A stretch of 64,000 nt of DNA from Callorhinchus milii (lineage: Eukaryota): NCBI RefSeq assembly GCF_018977255.1, contig NW_024704743.1, positions 103,790,001 to 103,854,000 of the forward strand, given 5' to 3'. A program made the translations under genes and the position numbers. The notes under the pieces are model-generated. The model was not told where the DNA came from. It searched no databases and saw only the letters and a list, made by a program, of their open reading frames with translations. This document shows, in pieces, positions 27,590 through 40,939 of the stretch; the first letter of the stretch is position 1; each line of letters starts with the position of its first letter.

Positions 27590-27870
27590 TTGTAGCATTC
27601 TCAGAGGTGTGGATGATGGAGAGATAGGGAGATGCCAGGGAGTGAATGGATTTGAACACAAGTGTGAGTGAAGATCTAGAAGTCGATCCATTCGGTGATG
27701 GGAAGCCTGTGGAGCCTGGCCAGAACTGGTGAGATGTGGGTACGGAGTTTGATCCGGGTCAGTATGCGGGCAGCAGAGTTCTGAATTAGCTGGATCTTTT
27801 GAATAGTGGAGCTGGGAGTCTTGGCGAGGAGTGAGTTTGAGTAATCCCTTATCCTGTTGCCCTGATGTAT
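27590..27870 (-). mobile_element. Old L2 fragment
   Basis: Reverse complement resembles the QNSAAR...LHxLP...RIDF region of L2 ORF2. Confidence 0.55.
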
Positions 27871-28039
27871 CTGAAGGTATTAATACTTTCTCTATCTCAA
27901 TCAGCATCTTACATATTCATACAAAGACCCCCATCTGAGACTTTGCTATCAATTCTGAACAGCGCTATCTTACTTATCCAGTTTGTATTGCTCATGCCTC
28001 TAATACCTGAGATCAGCCTCATTGTTCTCTTCTGGCCCC

Positions 28040-28330
28040 TTATGTTATGGTGACCAGAACTGTGCTCATATCCCAGGTGCAGATTAAATCAGAGCACTGT
28101 ACAACTGTATATAATGTCTGGGGATTTGAACTAAACTGATCTGCCAATGTAACCCAGCATCATTTTCACCTTGTTTATTGTTGCCTCACACCAAATGAAC
28201 ATTGTAAGCAATGTAATGATTCAACTAACACCCCACAGTCTTCTCAATTTCTCTCTTGGTTCTATCCACAATGGAGTATATTTACTTCCTATATTCAGTG
28301 CCTTACATTTATCATTGCTAAAATATTTTT
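28040..28330 (-). mobile_element. Old CR1 RT fragment
   Basis: GGTGACCAGAACTGTGC on + is the reverse of the AQFWSP motif and matches the CR1 at 47215-47787. Confidence 0.5.
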
Positions 28331-28909
28331 TACATTGATTTATATGTCCTTCACATTGTCAAAATGTCTCAAAGCGCGGAACAAGATTTACTGTAAAATT
28401 ACACTACAAGTCAAAGTCCCTACTTGGGGCTTGAACCCACAACCTTCTGACTCAAGAGTCGAGAATGCTACCAACTGATTTGGGCTGACATTGGTCATAC
28501 TGCAATCTTCTTCTGTGATCTGTGTACTATAGTATTTGAAAAAGGGCGGGCAACTTGCATGTACAGTGGGTGCAACCTAGTTCCACCCAACATTACAAGA
28601 CTGAACTTATCAGATAATGTGCTAAGATATACACACCCATTAACCTTAACACTGTCATCTCAAACCCATTTGTTGGTAGAAATTATTAAAGAGCATTTCT
28701 GGTAAGCAGTATATTTTTTTCAGCCACCATTCCAATCAGGTTGCGTCCTAGTTTGCCTTAAACGTTGAGCCAAAACCAGACAACATCACAAGGTTTCAGT
28801 TGCTGATATTAATGGCAGTTTTACAGCATTCCACAAGTACGTCTTTCTTAACCTGAAGCAGAGTAATTTACAGAAAAACAGGAGAGATGCCGAGAATAGT
28901 AGCAGAGCA

Positions 28910-30118
28910 TGGAGAAACTGTGTTGTTTTCATTGGCACGCCGTATTAGACAGTCTTTGAATGAATCAGTTCCCTTTTCATGAATGGGGTTTGCATGGAAG
29001 TATAAAGGTACAAAAAATGATGATGTGGTTCACACTTAGCTCCGAGATTTGGGTTTCCATTTTGCAGGAGAATTATGCGAATTGCATAAAGTACGTTTTG
29101 CTCTGCATCACAATTTACGGATTGAATTTGTTATCATGCAATCCAATTCCAATAACAGCAGGAAAAATAACCAAAAAACCTGTAGAGAAAAGCAGCTAGA
29201 CTCAAGGGAAGGTTGAGCAATTACGTAACAACGTTGTCAAATCACTAAAAAAAGTGTACAAGTATGACTATGAATAAGTCCAAGCTGATTGTACAATAAT
29301 GTTGCAATAGATTGTGCAACACACATTTCTTTCCTATCCTTATTCTTAATCATGAAATTAGATAAGTTTGCAACACGTATATGTTTTTTTAAAAACAGGG
29401 TTTAACACTGTAAAGCTTAATTAAGCAAATGTTGCATCAATACTTCTTATGTTTAAAATAAAGGGCAACATTACAGTATATCCATAATATTTCTCAACAA
29501 TCCACGTACAAACCAATTTACTTTGTATATCATATGCATGCATATATATATATATCTGAATGAGAGTTAAGTCAGTAACAACTGTGAGTACAACTAAATA
29601 TTAACCTTAGTTTTCATTAACTGCACATTTAGCTCTCAGGCATTTTTACACAGTGGAGTCTCCAAAGGTCCAAGCACTTCACTACTAAACCAGTAGCAAC
29701 TGCACTGAATTATTACCAACAGGAGGAGTTGCTGGGTCAGACTAAACGTAACAGTATCAAAATTGTAATTGACAATGAAACATAATACACCTATGTTCAT
29801 AACCATCAACTGCTGTTCTTGTGCAAAAGTAATGGTAAAAGTGATGGTAGTGGGAGGGGGAGTTGCACTAAATGTACAGTATGGAATCAGAGCCAATAAT
29901 CCATCTGTAATTTGTCACAGAACAGAGCAATACTAAAGCATAAAAAAAGATTTGGCAGCAATAAAATTCTTGCAAACGTTGCCAAATTTTACTTCAAATA
30001 CTTCTTCTACACATTTCGAGCAGTGGTTCACTGCTACATAAGTCAGCTTGACAAAATGTCCTGTCGCTGCATTTGAGAAAGTGTACGTTCTCTTCTGAAC
30101 TGCCTTACTGCCCGTTGC
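28910..30118 (-). CDS. Candidate terminal exon plus ~1.2-kb 3'UTR (phase 1: GNGQ*; phase 2: QRAVRQFRRERTLSQMQRQDILSS*)
   Basis: Acceptor ...ctctatatgttag (AG 30120-30119), CpG-containing 5' part, then a repeat-free AT-rich UTR-like tract. Only a variant signal AATGAA (~28933-28928), followed by a pyrimidine-rich tract. Confidence 0.35.
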
Positions 30119-30654
30119 CTAACATATAGAGTTCGAGAACACATCAAGAACAATAAATATGAAAAGGTGTGCAACACGGTAGATTATACAAGTAAAAATT
30201 ACATATTTTTACATTTAAAAATCATAAAAATCACATTTGATATCGCAACTTTCATGTCATGAGGTCTCAAAGTGCTTCAAAGAACTTATTTTAAAGTGTA
30301 GTGACTGCATACTTTGTAGCCAAATGCCTGAAAAGAAGCGACGGAAATAGCAAGGATAGATTTCAGAGCCAGTGCAGCAAAAGTCTCATTTCATGCATTC
30401 CGTACATTAACTCTGCAATCCTCATTTTTGTCACCGATACACACGTCAATCCCACAAGGAGGTGCCAGGGTGTGGAGAGGTTTGAAAGTGAGTGTCTCGA
30501 TATCTAACCATTCTGCAACAGAAAGGCCTGGCAAGAACTGGGGTGATGGGATGGTGAGGGATTAGGCGAAGTGGTTTTGGATCATTTGGACTTTGTTAAA
30601 TGGAGCTGAGGCGACGAATCTGGGGACCATTAGAAAAAACGAGTCAATAGGTGA

Positions 30655-30908
30655 ATAATAATCCTTGCATCTGATATAGCACCTTTCATGTTAGGAGAAT
30701 GTCTCCAAACCTTTCACAGGAATACTGTAAAGTGTAGTGACTGTATTCTTTAGCTGAATGCAGCAGCCAATTTGTCCCACAAACAGCTGTAAAGTGAATT
30801 GATGGCCAGGACTCCAGGAGAAATTTGCTTTTCTTTCTGAGTAGTACCATGGGATCTTTCACGTCCCCTAAACAGGCACAGACAGAACCTCAGTTTAAAA
30901 TCTCACCC
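30655..30908 (-). mobile_element. Old Deu-SINE 3' half
   Basis: Tail motif plus GTACCATGGGATCTTTCACGTCC (reverse of the Deu core). Confidence 0.7.
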
Positions 30909-31410
30909 AAAACAAAATTACATTTGTAAAGCGCCTTTCACGTCGGGAGGATGTCCCAAGGTGCTGGACAGACAGCGTTACAGACCCAAACTGGGGGTTG
31001 GGGTCGGGGGGGGGGGGGGGGGGAGAAGTAGGGAGATCGAAAGCAGAGTTGGAGAGGAGGGTCTTGAGGGTGGCAAGGGAGGGGGCGAGGCAGAGGGACT
31101 GCAGGATGGAGTTCTAAAGGGTGGGGGCAGAGTGGCGGAAGGCCCACCCACCAATAGTGGGGCGAGTGAGGCGGGGGACATGAGGCAGGCCGGAGACTGC
31201 TGAGCGGAGGGATCAGGCAGGGTGGTAAGGGTTTAAGTTAGGAGATCACAGAGGTAGAGGGGAGCAAGACCGTGGAGGGTTTTGAAGGTGAGGACCAGGA
31301 TCTTGAACTGTATCCTCTGTGTGATGGGAAGCCAGTGGAGTTGGGTGAAGATGGGGTTGATAGGGTCACGGAGCCTAGTGCGGGAGAGGCCACGGGATGC
31401 AAAGTTCTGG
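30909..31410 (-). mobile_element. L2 3' fragment, 5'-truncated
   Basis: Minus [53 protein letters not shown]; terminal CTCCC stem-loop. Confidence 0.9.
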
Positions 31411-31727
31411 ATAATAATAATAATCCTTGCATTTGATACAGCACTTTTCACGTCGGGAGGATGTCCCAAAGCGCTTCACAGAACACACTATAAAGTGAAT
31501 TGACTGTATATATTTGTGGGCGAACGCGGCAGCCAATTGCGCACAGCAATGTCCCACAAACAGTCGTAGATTGAAAATGACCAATTTATTATTGTTTTGG
31601 GTTTTGGAGGGATTATTATTAGGCGTGTGGAGTAAGGAAACTTGCCCAAGGTTTCGCCCTGCCTGGAATTGAACCCAGGTGTCTCGCTTGCAAAGCGAGT
31701 GCTCTAACCACTGAGCTACAGGACTCC
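31411..31727 (-). mobile_element. Young tRNA(Ala)-derived SINE, full length
   Basis: Near-identical family member with intact A and B boxes (GGTTCAATTCC). Its tail directly joins the L2 fragment. Confidence 0.95.
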
Positions 31728-32149
31728 ATAAACTCACTGCACGTACCTCTGACAGACAATGCACTGCTCCTCCAGCACTGATCTAGTGTCGGTCTAATCT
31801 AGACTGTGACTTTGACATCCCAACATGGGGAATGGACTTACAATCTTCTGACTTCCAGACGAGAGTATTTTGAGTGATGATGCATGCAGTAAGACTTCAA
31901 AACAAATGTACAAATTAAAGTGCTGCCCTTGTAGACACAAGTGGATAATGAGGCAGCTTTATTTAACCTTTTATCTTTGCATAGTTTGTCTAAGGATTGT
32001 ATATGAGGGACTGTTTGGGGCTTGTTGTGGTATTCTTTCATCGGGTTTGCAGCAATGAAAGTGACACCAGGCAGGCATCTGGGTTCCAAATGTGTGTTTT
32101 TTTTAAACAATCGGAATATTGTTGCGTGCTGGTCCACATCTCTTCCACC

Positions 32150-32395
32150 ACCAACAACAAATGACATTTGTATAGTGCCTTTCAAGTCAGGAGGATGTCC
32201 AAAGGCACTGGACAGTCAGGGATCCACACCCGACCTGGTGGCTGGGATCAGGAGGGGTGGAGGGCAGGGAGAGTAGGGTTAGGAGGGTGACTGAAGGCAC
32301 AGTCAAAAGAGGGTCTTGAGACAGGTCTTGAAGGAGGCAAAGGAGGGGGCGAGGCGGAGGGACCTTGGGATGGAATTCTTGAGGGTGGGGGCAGT
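32150..32395 (-). mobile_element. L2 3'-end remnant
   Basis: Terminal motif and 3' region similar to 35047-35310. Confidence 0.75.
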
Positions 32396-32842
32396 TAAGA
32401 GTTTTTAAAAAAGCACTGTATGAAAAGCTGAATAGTCTTGCTGGGCAGGGGAGAAAACAGAGAGAGAGAAAGAGAACGAGGGGGCAGTTTGCCATACAAA
32501 GCGTTGAGAATCATTCTCATCAGCTACCCAGCCAATACTTTAGTTGACAAGGTCAAACGCTACCTTCGCACCATTCCAAAGTTAACACCAGTCTTTGGGG
32601 GAGGATATCCCCAAGGCAGAGCGACACAGGGGGATGAATTATCACAGCACAAAGTGTTGTGCAACCATTTTAAATTCCAGCCCAACAATGATCACTAAGT
32701 AAACAGAAACTGCTCCCATTGTCTGCCAGTTAAACAGAGGGTATCGGGTGTCTCCATAAGTCGCACAGCTTTTATTGCCGCAGGCCAGCCTGAATGTATA
32801 AATTCAAGAGCGGCGGTATGAGTGAGTTACGATCAGTCTCAC

Positions 32843-32890
32843 CAGCACGAACAAAGCCTGCTTTGTGCAGGGAGCGAGTCATTTTTACAT
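32843..32890 (-). CDS. Candidate 48-nt cassette exon (phase 1: DVKMTRSLHKAGFVRA; phase 2: CKNDSLPAQSRLCSC)
   Basis: Acceptor ccacttttacag, donor CTG|gtgaga, length a multiple of 3, CpG-rich unique flanks. Confidence 0.38.
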
Positions 32891-34609
32891 CTGTAAAAGT
32901 GGTCTGTACCTTGCTTTTTGTTAAAGTCCTGAAATGTATTCTTAATATATTGCCTCTCAAATAGGAGAAAGCCATGTGGGGACATTGCGGAGTCATTGGA
33001 AAAATTAGTCAAGTAGAAATATATTTCAGTTCCACACTCCAGGCAGCATACGCATTTTGTAACCAACCGTACACGCACACACTAAACTACAATGAGGAAT
33101 GCACCGTGTCTAGATTCAACTCTTAAGGTGATGCGTGAGCAGACGATGCTGAACCACAACAACTTACATTTGTATAGCGCCTTTCACAAGTAAAATAAAA
33201 GTTTAGTTAAAAGTGCAGTCACACTTTAACATTTTGAAGTGTTCTCCATTAGGTTCAATAGCAACTTGCATTGATGTGGCACCCTTCACGTAATGTCTGA
33301 GCAGTTTACAGTGGCAGGGATGGAAGCTCGAGTACAGGGAGCAGAGAGAAGTGAAAGGGAAGTGACCATGGGCACAGTTGGATATAGGTTTTAAGGCAGG
33401 ACTTGAAGATAAATAGAAAGGGGTGAGATAGAGGATGTGGGGGAGTGGGCTCCAGATGTTAGGGGCATAGAATTGGAAAACTCAGCCACAGATAGTGGCA
33501 CAGATAGGGCGAGGGATGCGCAGCAAAGGGAGCGAGCAGCAAAGTGGGATGGGGATACAACAACAACTTGCATTTACATAGCACCCTCACGCAGGGTAGC
33601 GTCCCAGAGCAAGATAGAAGGTGCGAGGACGTGAAGGGATTTATCAGAAAGATTTCAATAGTAGAGAAAATGCACACAAAGGCATTCACTGTACTTTAAA
33701 GTATGCAACGTTTTCAAAAATGAGGTGCATAGAGAGTCCTTTGTACCAACGTTCAGAATCACCTCACTAAAATAGCAAAAACAAAAATTAATGGACCCCT
33801 CCTACATACTGTGCCATTTGCCACATGCCACTTTCACTTCTTTGTTTAAATGAAAATTGTACATTAAGCTATAATCATGTTGAACCAAGTTAAGCAGTTA
33901 CACTTCATTAACCATCCTTCACTTGCTGCGATGTTGTGTTTGTCGGCATTAGCAGAGAATGATAACCATAGTGTAGCCCCCACCCCACCCCAATCAAACC
34001 GGAAGAAAAAAAGAAACTTTTTGTGCTAAAAAGAATTGTATCCTTTTCTAAAACAATTAACTTTTAGCAGCAGGGAAGATCAGCAACACACGTGTTGTAC
34101 TGTCAGGAATGCTTTTTTTAAAAAAAGGCCACTCTTTTTATAAAGACAACATCTCCCAAAAGGTTTAGCATGACATCTCTAAATGCATGGCTAACATAAT
34201 GGAAGTGCGACAGTCAAGACCACCTCCAAGAGGTAACCTCATAGCAATACAAGCCTTTGCCAGCTGTGCTATAATTCACGACCAAGATTTCTAAACCACT
34301 GTTTGTTTTAAAAGAAATTGAATCTATCAAGGTAAAGGATTTCAGCTCTAAAATTTGGAACACTCTCCCATTTGGGGTGCCAGTATCAGACCCCCTCAGG
34401 CTCAGGTGTAGACCGTCTTCACTTTGTAGCAAAGTGAAGTTTTTTTTTGCCAAAAAAAAAGTGCAGGTGCCAGTGTGTATAGGCAGTTTCCCCAACTCCA
34501 CCCGCCCTGCTCTCTGTATATGGATTCCTAGTCAAGAACCAGGTCTGCTCCTTGCCCTGAACTACCAAAGAGAGCTGTAACAAGTCTGTTTGTGTACGTA
34601 TGGTGCATA

Positions 34610-35046
34610 CGTTAAACCAAGGTCTTGTCTGCCTGTTCAGATGGACTTTAAAAATCCAGTGACCCCATTCGAAAAGGCAAAGGAGTTTCTCTGGGCATCC
34701 CGGTCAACAATCCACCAGATAAAAATTGGTCGTTCACTTCATTGCTGCAGTGTGTAAACTGGCTGCTACATTCACCCATAAAATACACGATCATGACACT
34801 GCACTGTAAAATCCTGCTTGAGGCATTTCAACATGTGATAAGGAATCATATAGAATCAAACAGCACAAAAAGAGGCCACTCGGCCCATCGAGTTTGTGCC
34901 GGCTCTTTGAATAGAGCAATTAATGTCAATCCCACTCCCCAGCCCTTTCCCCATAACCCTGCAAACCTGTCCTCCTCAAACACCCGTCCACCGCGTTTTT
35001 AAAGGTAGTTATCGACCACCTTTTCAGGCAATGCGTTCCAGATTCG
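34610..35046. mobile_element. Old Deu-SINE remnant (+, ~34610-34850) followed by a CR1 3' end (-, ~34845-35046)
   Basis: Deu-like core, then CAGCACAAAAAGAGGCCACTCGGCCCATCG (reverse of the CR1 terminal hairpin). Confidence 0.65.
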
Positions 35047-36573
35047 AACAACAACAACAACAAGATTTCATTTATAGAGCGCCTTTCACGTCGGGAGGAC
35101 ATCCCAAGGCGCTGGACAGTTGGGTCGGGACCCGAGCAGGGGGGAAATAGTCAGGGTGAGGGGAGGGAAGGGAGGGAGCGAGGAGGGGGTTGAGTCGAGA
35201 GGGGAGCTGAAGGCACAGTCGAAGAGAAAGGTCTTGAGACTGGCCTTGAAGGAGGAAAGGGAGGAAGCGAGGCGAAGGCACTGGGGGATGGAATTCCAGA
35301 GCCTAGGGGCTGAGAGGCTGAAGGCCCGGCCACTGATGGTAGGGCGGGGGATGTGGAGCAGACCGGAGCCAGAGGAACGGAGGGTACGGGCAGGTAAGTA
35401 GGGGGATAGTAGGTCGGAGAGGTAGGAGGGAGCAAGGCCGTGAATGGCCTTGTAGGTGAGGATGAGGATCTTGAATTCGATCCTCTGGGGGATGGGGAGC
35501 CAGTGGAGGCGAGCGAGGGTGGGAGTGATGTGGTCGCGAAGTCTGGTGCGGGACAGTACACGAGCTGCAGAGTTCTGAATGACCTGCAACTTGTGGAGGG
35601 AGGTGCCGGGAATGCCGGCGAGGAGAGAGTTCCCATAGTCCAGCCTTGAGGTGATAAAGGCACGGACCAGAGTTTTGGCAGCGTGAGGGGGTGAGGTAGT
35701 GCCATAGTCTGGCGCTATTCCGGAGGTGATGGAAGGCGGTGCCAGTTGTGGCACGGATATGAGGAAGAAAGGGCAGCTCAGGGTCGAACAGAACACCGAG
35801 GTTCCTGACTGGCTTTGAGAGGTGGAGAGTGCAGCCTTGGATGCTGATGCTGTCAGCGCCTGAGGTGCGGAGGCACTGACGCGAGCCAAACAGGAGGGCC
35901 TCAGTTTTGCACACGTTGAGCTGAAGAAAGTTGTCTCTCGGCCAGGACTCGATGTTGGACAGGCAGGCTGTCAGGACATCGGTGGTCGTGGAGTTGAGGG
36001 TAGAGGAGGAAAGGTAGAGTTGGCTGCCATCCGCATACATGTGGAAGTTAACCCCATGTCTGCGGATGATGTCACCAAGGGGGAGCGTATAGAGGGTGAA
36101 GAGGAGGGGACCGAGGACAGAGCCCTGAGGGACACCGTATGAAACAGTGCGGGGGCTGGAGAAAAAGCCGTTTGTGGAAACAAAATGAAGACGGTGGGAG
36201 AGATAGGACCTAAACCACCCAAGGACAGGGCCTTGAAGGTTGAGGTGGGAGGACAATCAGTGGAGGAGGATAGGGTGGTCAACCGTATCGAATGCGGCCG
36301 ATAGGTCGAGGAGGCAGAGGGAGCCCTGGTCGCAGATGGTCAAGATGTCATTGGTGACCTTGACCAGGGCGGTTTCCGTGCTATGGGCAGTACGGAAACC
36401 CGAGTGAAGGGGTTCGAATAATGCATGGGTGGAGAGGAAAGAGCGCAGCTGGGAGGCCACGACTCTTTCAAGGACCTTGGACAGGAAGGGGAGGTTGGAG
36501 ATGGGCCGGTAGCTTGATAGCTGCGATGCATCAAGGGAGGGTTTTTTCAAAAGTGGGAGTGATGGTGGCAGTT
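35047..36573 (-). mobile_element. Young 5'-truncated L2 LINE (~1.5 kb) with an inactivated RT domain
   Basis: Consecutive ORFs give [54 protein letters not shown] and [13 protein letters not shown]. Defects: in-frame TGA at 36259-36257, a frameshift near 35690, and catalytic YADD reading YADG. (GTT)n tail. Confidence 0.97.
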
Positions 36574-37304
36574 GTATTATATGCAATAATTATTAATCAG
36601 CTAAGAATAGGATTTTCCCATCCAGGCCAAATTTATTGTCCAGTGGGGAAATCACCACTGCTGAGGAAATTCAGACAGCACAAAATCATTCTCTTGACAT
36701 TATCAAACAACATGGGATTAGGAAAGGGGAGCAGGGAATTGCATGAAAGTTAAACTGCAATCAGGAGCAGAACTTCTTCCTATTTTGTCTTTACATAACC
36801 CAGGATCAGTGATCTCAAATGTACCTCTCTCTCCCTCCTGCCCTCTCCTCCTTCCCATTCATGAACCCCAAGATCTGTTAACTAAGCACAGACCATGGTT
36901 GGAACCCGACACTTTACAGGTCTTAATTTACCCATGTTGAATCTCCCCCATGTTCATTTAGTGGATTTAACACAATGTTGTCTTCTTACAGCACCAACCT
37001 TTAGATTAGGACAAAGTATGCTACTGTACCTCCTGTTTTGCGATTTCCCTAGCGTCAATTTTCAGAGTATCCCCCACCATATACCCAGAGAGATACGGAA
37101 CTTAGTATAAAACAAACAGTCCTCGCCACTGTGCTGTCCTGTCAATGTCTCACGCTGAGTCTCTGCTGCTTTTCCAAGTTTGGAAGCTTTTTTTAAAAAA
37201 AAATTGGCTTGGGCTCAAACATTTTCACTCCATTCAGCATGAGGGAGACTTTTTCGGCACTAGTATAGACGGTCTGATTTGAAAACCTGGCTCTATTATG
37301 TGTT

Positions 37305-37308
<4 letters not shown>

Positions 37309-37352
<44 letters not shown>

Positions 37353-37356
37353 GGGG
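37309..37356 (+). repeat. (TG)n microsatellite fused to a poly-G run
   Basis: About 14 TG units followed directly by about 21 G. Confidence 0.95.
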
Positions 37357-39090
37357 AGTGAAGAGAAGGAGAATAGGGGTTTGTGGTTACAAGATCCAGC
37401 AGAATGTGAAAAGTAACCAGTCCTAATATTACACTCTAACAAGTGTTGTGCGAGTGTGTGTGGGGGAAAGAAATGGGGGAAAATGCAACCGACTTGAAAA
37501 CAGAAACAAGTCAAAAAGAATGTTGAAATCACACCTCTGCTGAACAAAGGAGAAATATCATTGCTGCTGGAAATTAATATTCTGCGAGAGGTAAGGAAAA
37601 TACTCCCTCTGGGAATTTTACTCCTTATCAGGTGACAAAAGATGCCAGCAACTACACAGCAAGCAGCAACATATGTGGCTGGGTCAGGTTGCCTGTCTTT
37701 CTTAAATTATAAATCGCTGGGGAAACAAAATCAAAATCAAATTGCAGAATTGAAATATCCAACCAAACTCAATCTGATCATATCAAACAAACATATGATG
37801 CTGTGACTGCAGGATTCTGCTCAAGCAATGCGCTTGAAGGCCACCCTCTTTGCAAAGCTGCCTTGATGCGACGTGTTACTTGGCTGGCTCCCAACTTGCA
37901 CATTATATTTGACAGTCTACTGCACTTCACCAGAAGTTCAAATGTCTGGTGCATTTGCATGGTATCAATGCATTTAAAAGAAACGCAAGCGGGTGTGGGG
38001 GAAGAGAAGAGATATTATTGCGGTTCAATCGATACCAGCAGAGATCATTCAACAGCCTTTTGCTAGTAAATCTAATTTTATTATATTTGCCATCCATCAC
38101 AAAACCATCACTGCAAGCACGCCAGTTATGAAAGGGAGAGAGAAAAAAAATCAATAATCTTGAAAATTGTCAATACATCAATGCACCTCTAGAAATATAA
38201 CTCACTTGGTATTTGCATCCCAAGTATGTGACAAAAAGCTTTTTTTGCTTTCTTTAAAAATCATACTTCTACTGCCTTTTAAAATTCCATGAGGCACGGT
38301 TTAATTTGGACAACCAGAATGAAAATTGAATTAACTATCTTCATGCCAGCAAATCCCCTGAGACCGGTAGTTGACTTTAGAATGTAAAAGCACAATCAAT
38401 AACCCTTAAGGGACTGTGAAAGTTATATGACCAAGCTTAAGGTCTAATGGTGCATAGAGCGGTCGTTTTACTACTCTGCCAATACTTCAGTTAACAGTGA
38501 TTATCTTTTACACTAACAAGGGGCTCTAGCAAGAAGTTTAAATTGCAGTGCACTGCTGAAAGTTAACTCTCAAGTAAACTAACTGAATTCAGAAGAGAAA
38601 TCCATTTCCGATTAACACCAGATTTTACCGTTTCAAATGTATTATTCTGCTGTATTCGGTCATAATGTTTCACTTGCCCCCACACCCGCCTCCTCCTAAT
38701 GTTCTTGGATTTCTAAGCAACCTCTGAATAGGAACATAGGAACTTTCAGATCTAGATTGCTAACTGTTGCCTTCGAGTTATTCTGCCTGCTAAGCTCAGT
38801 GGAGCAGCTTGACGAATTTCTGCTCTGTATTCAGCCCTTGGATTCGTTCCATCCACTGTATGTTGTGCATTGGGGTAATTCTGTGCATCACTTAACGTGA
38901 ACTAAACCAGGCCCTTGAAAAACACATATAGTATTACAATTGCATTCTGGGAAGATCTCAAGGGACCAAGTGGTGAACGGATTATTGTATTTGGCAAGCC
39001 CTGCAGAGCAATGGATTGCACCCTCAGTCCCACTCGTTGAGAACAGACCAGTCCGACCAGGAATGCAATCACTAACTTTATCTCCCTCAC

Positions 39091-39154
39091 TTTTGCGTGC
39101 AGGGCCATTGTTGTGGTCACGGTCCTATTTGTCATGGCTGCTGCTTCCAGAATT
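39091..39154 (-). CDS. Candidate exon (phase 0 NSGSSSHDK*; phase 1 EFWKQQP*; phase 2 ILEAAAMTNRTVTTTMALHAK)
   Basis: Strong acceptor tgtgtttgtttttcatag (AG 39156-39155) and possible donor AAA|gtgagg. It could also run on as a terminal exon. Confidence 0.33.
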
Positions 39155-40939
39155 CTATGAAAAACAAACACAGCTTATCATTTCATCACTGGTTGATTTC
39201 TAAGCCAGACGCTCGTTCAATGGAAAAGCGGATTTTATTTTTTTAGGAACGGAAACGAGTAAAAATCGAGATCAGTTTCACGAAATATGGAATCCATTTA
39301 AAGAAGACTTAATTTAATATTGCTTCAAGACACTCGTAACCCAAGCTAAAAGTTGCGAATGTAAGAAGCAAAATTTGTGCATGTTCCAACTAATTTTAAA
39401 CCTGCAACAATACTATATTTACATGAGCAAAATAAGAAAAATAACAAAGCAGATACATAATTCCATGGACAAAATTTCACAAAAATTGCATGTAACTTTA
39501 GCAAGTTAAGAAGTATCATAATTGCAAGACTCAATTTTAATCTCAGGGAATTTACTAAAATTGTGACATATGTTAGATACACTGTCAATTTTTTGCTCAC
39601 CGAGACAAGGAACATTAATGTTGGGGGAAAGGGACATTAGCTCTATCATCGCCAACACCTCAGTGGTGAAGCTGGTGCTGCTACCTACAGCTCTGTCTTC
39701 TGTGCCTCAGCCTCCTAAGAACTACCATCAATTTGCAATTTCTATTCTCTTTTAAATAGAAAAATAAGTTCTGTCTGAATTAAAGCAAGCCGACAACTGC
39801 TACGAACTGTAGAGCGATTGCCCAAACTGAACTCAGTTATACATCAGAGCTGACCAAACATCATATCAGTCTGGGCTGAATTTTCACCTGAGTACAAGAA
39901 AGCAAAAGACCAAGATGTAACAGGTTGTGCCATCCGATCTTGCATACTTTTTGTTCAACACCAAAGTAAACTTTTAATTATCTGAGAAATTCGTACAAGC
40001 GAGTAAATATATTTTAAATATGTATGAACAAATGTTAGTTGGCAAATGGGATGGTGGTCCTGCTCTATAATCAATCTCATTAAAAAAAACAATCAACTTT
40101 GCTATACGGTCAACAGACACCAACTTCAAACAAACTGTATACATCAATTTGTCTAAACATTGCTGACTGGGCCAATGGTACCTGCAGATCTTACTCCTTC
40201 CCCCCCAATAAAAAACACAATAGGACAATTGTTCAAATAAAATAAGCTGTACCAAAGGAACTGTAATTTTCCCAAATATTCAAAATACGGGTGCATTATA
40301 TATAATTGATTTTGATGTTTTTTGAGTTTTGCTCAAGACCGTAAATTGTAATGCTTACAGCCTTAGAACATAGCCAGCAGTTTAATACCACAGCAGAACA
40401 GGGCATCAATTTCCAACAAAACTCTTCTAAAGTCAGCTGACACCATTATCACACTGGCTCAGTGTCATAAAACACCCCCTTTCCTGTCACAGGATCTCTC
40501 TGGGCCATATGGAAAACTTCAGACCATAAGGGCAACAGTAAGGGCCAATTATGCGCTCCAGCAGCAAAACACCAAACGACTGACTTTGGAAAGATAAAGG
40601 AACACTGGGAACATTTTTAACACAATATTTGGGCAGTAACTCAAATCAGAGACATACACAATTGTGGTATGCACAATTTTATAAGAATTTTACAGCTTGT
40701 GAATTCAATTGATTTGATATTTCCACATATGATATTTTTATGCAAAATATTAACAAAAAGGGAAGCAACACCATTAGGATAGAAACTTCCAAAATGTCTT
40801 AAAGGTATTAGCAAGGACTAGTCAGATACAAGCTGTAGTGTAATCCATATCTTATGAACCATCAAAACCGAAGAAGACTAATTGTGAAGGTCTCTCTAGA
40901 AATCAGTAAAAAAAATTATCAAGCTCCAATACTCCTCCA

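Noticed and set aside
35086..36586. Long ORFs (317, 267 and 109 aa) as a cellular gene or novel RT system
   Set aside because: Ordinary L2 ORF2 pieces: 5'-truncated, with a stop, a frameshift and YADD changed to YADG.
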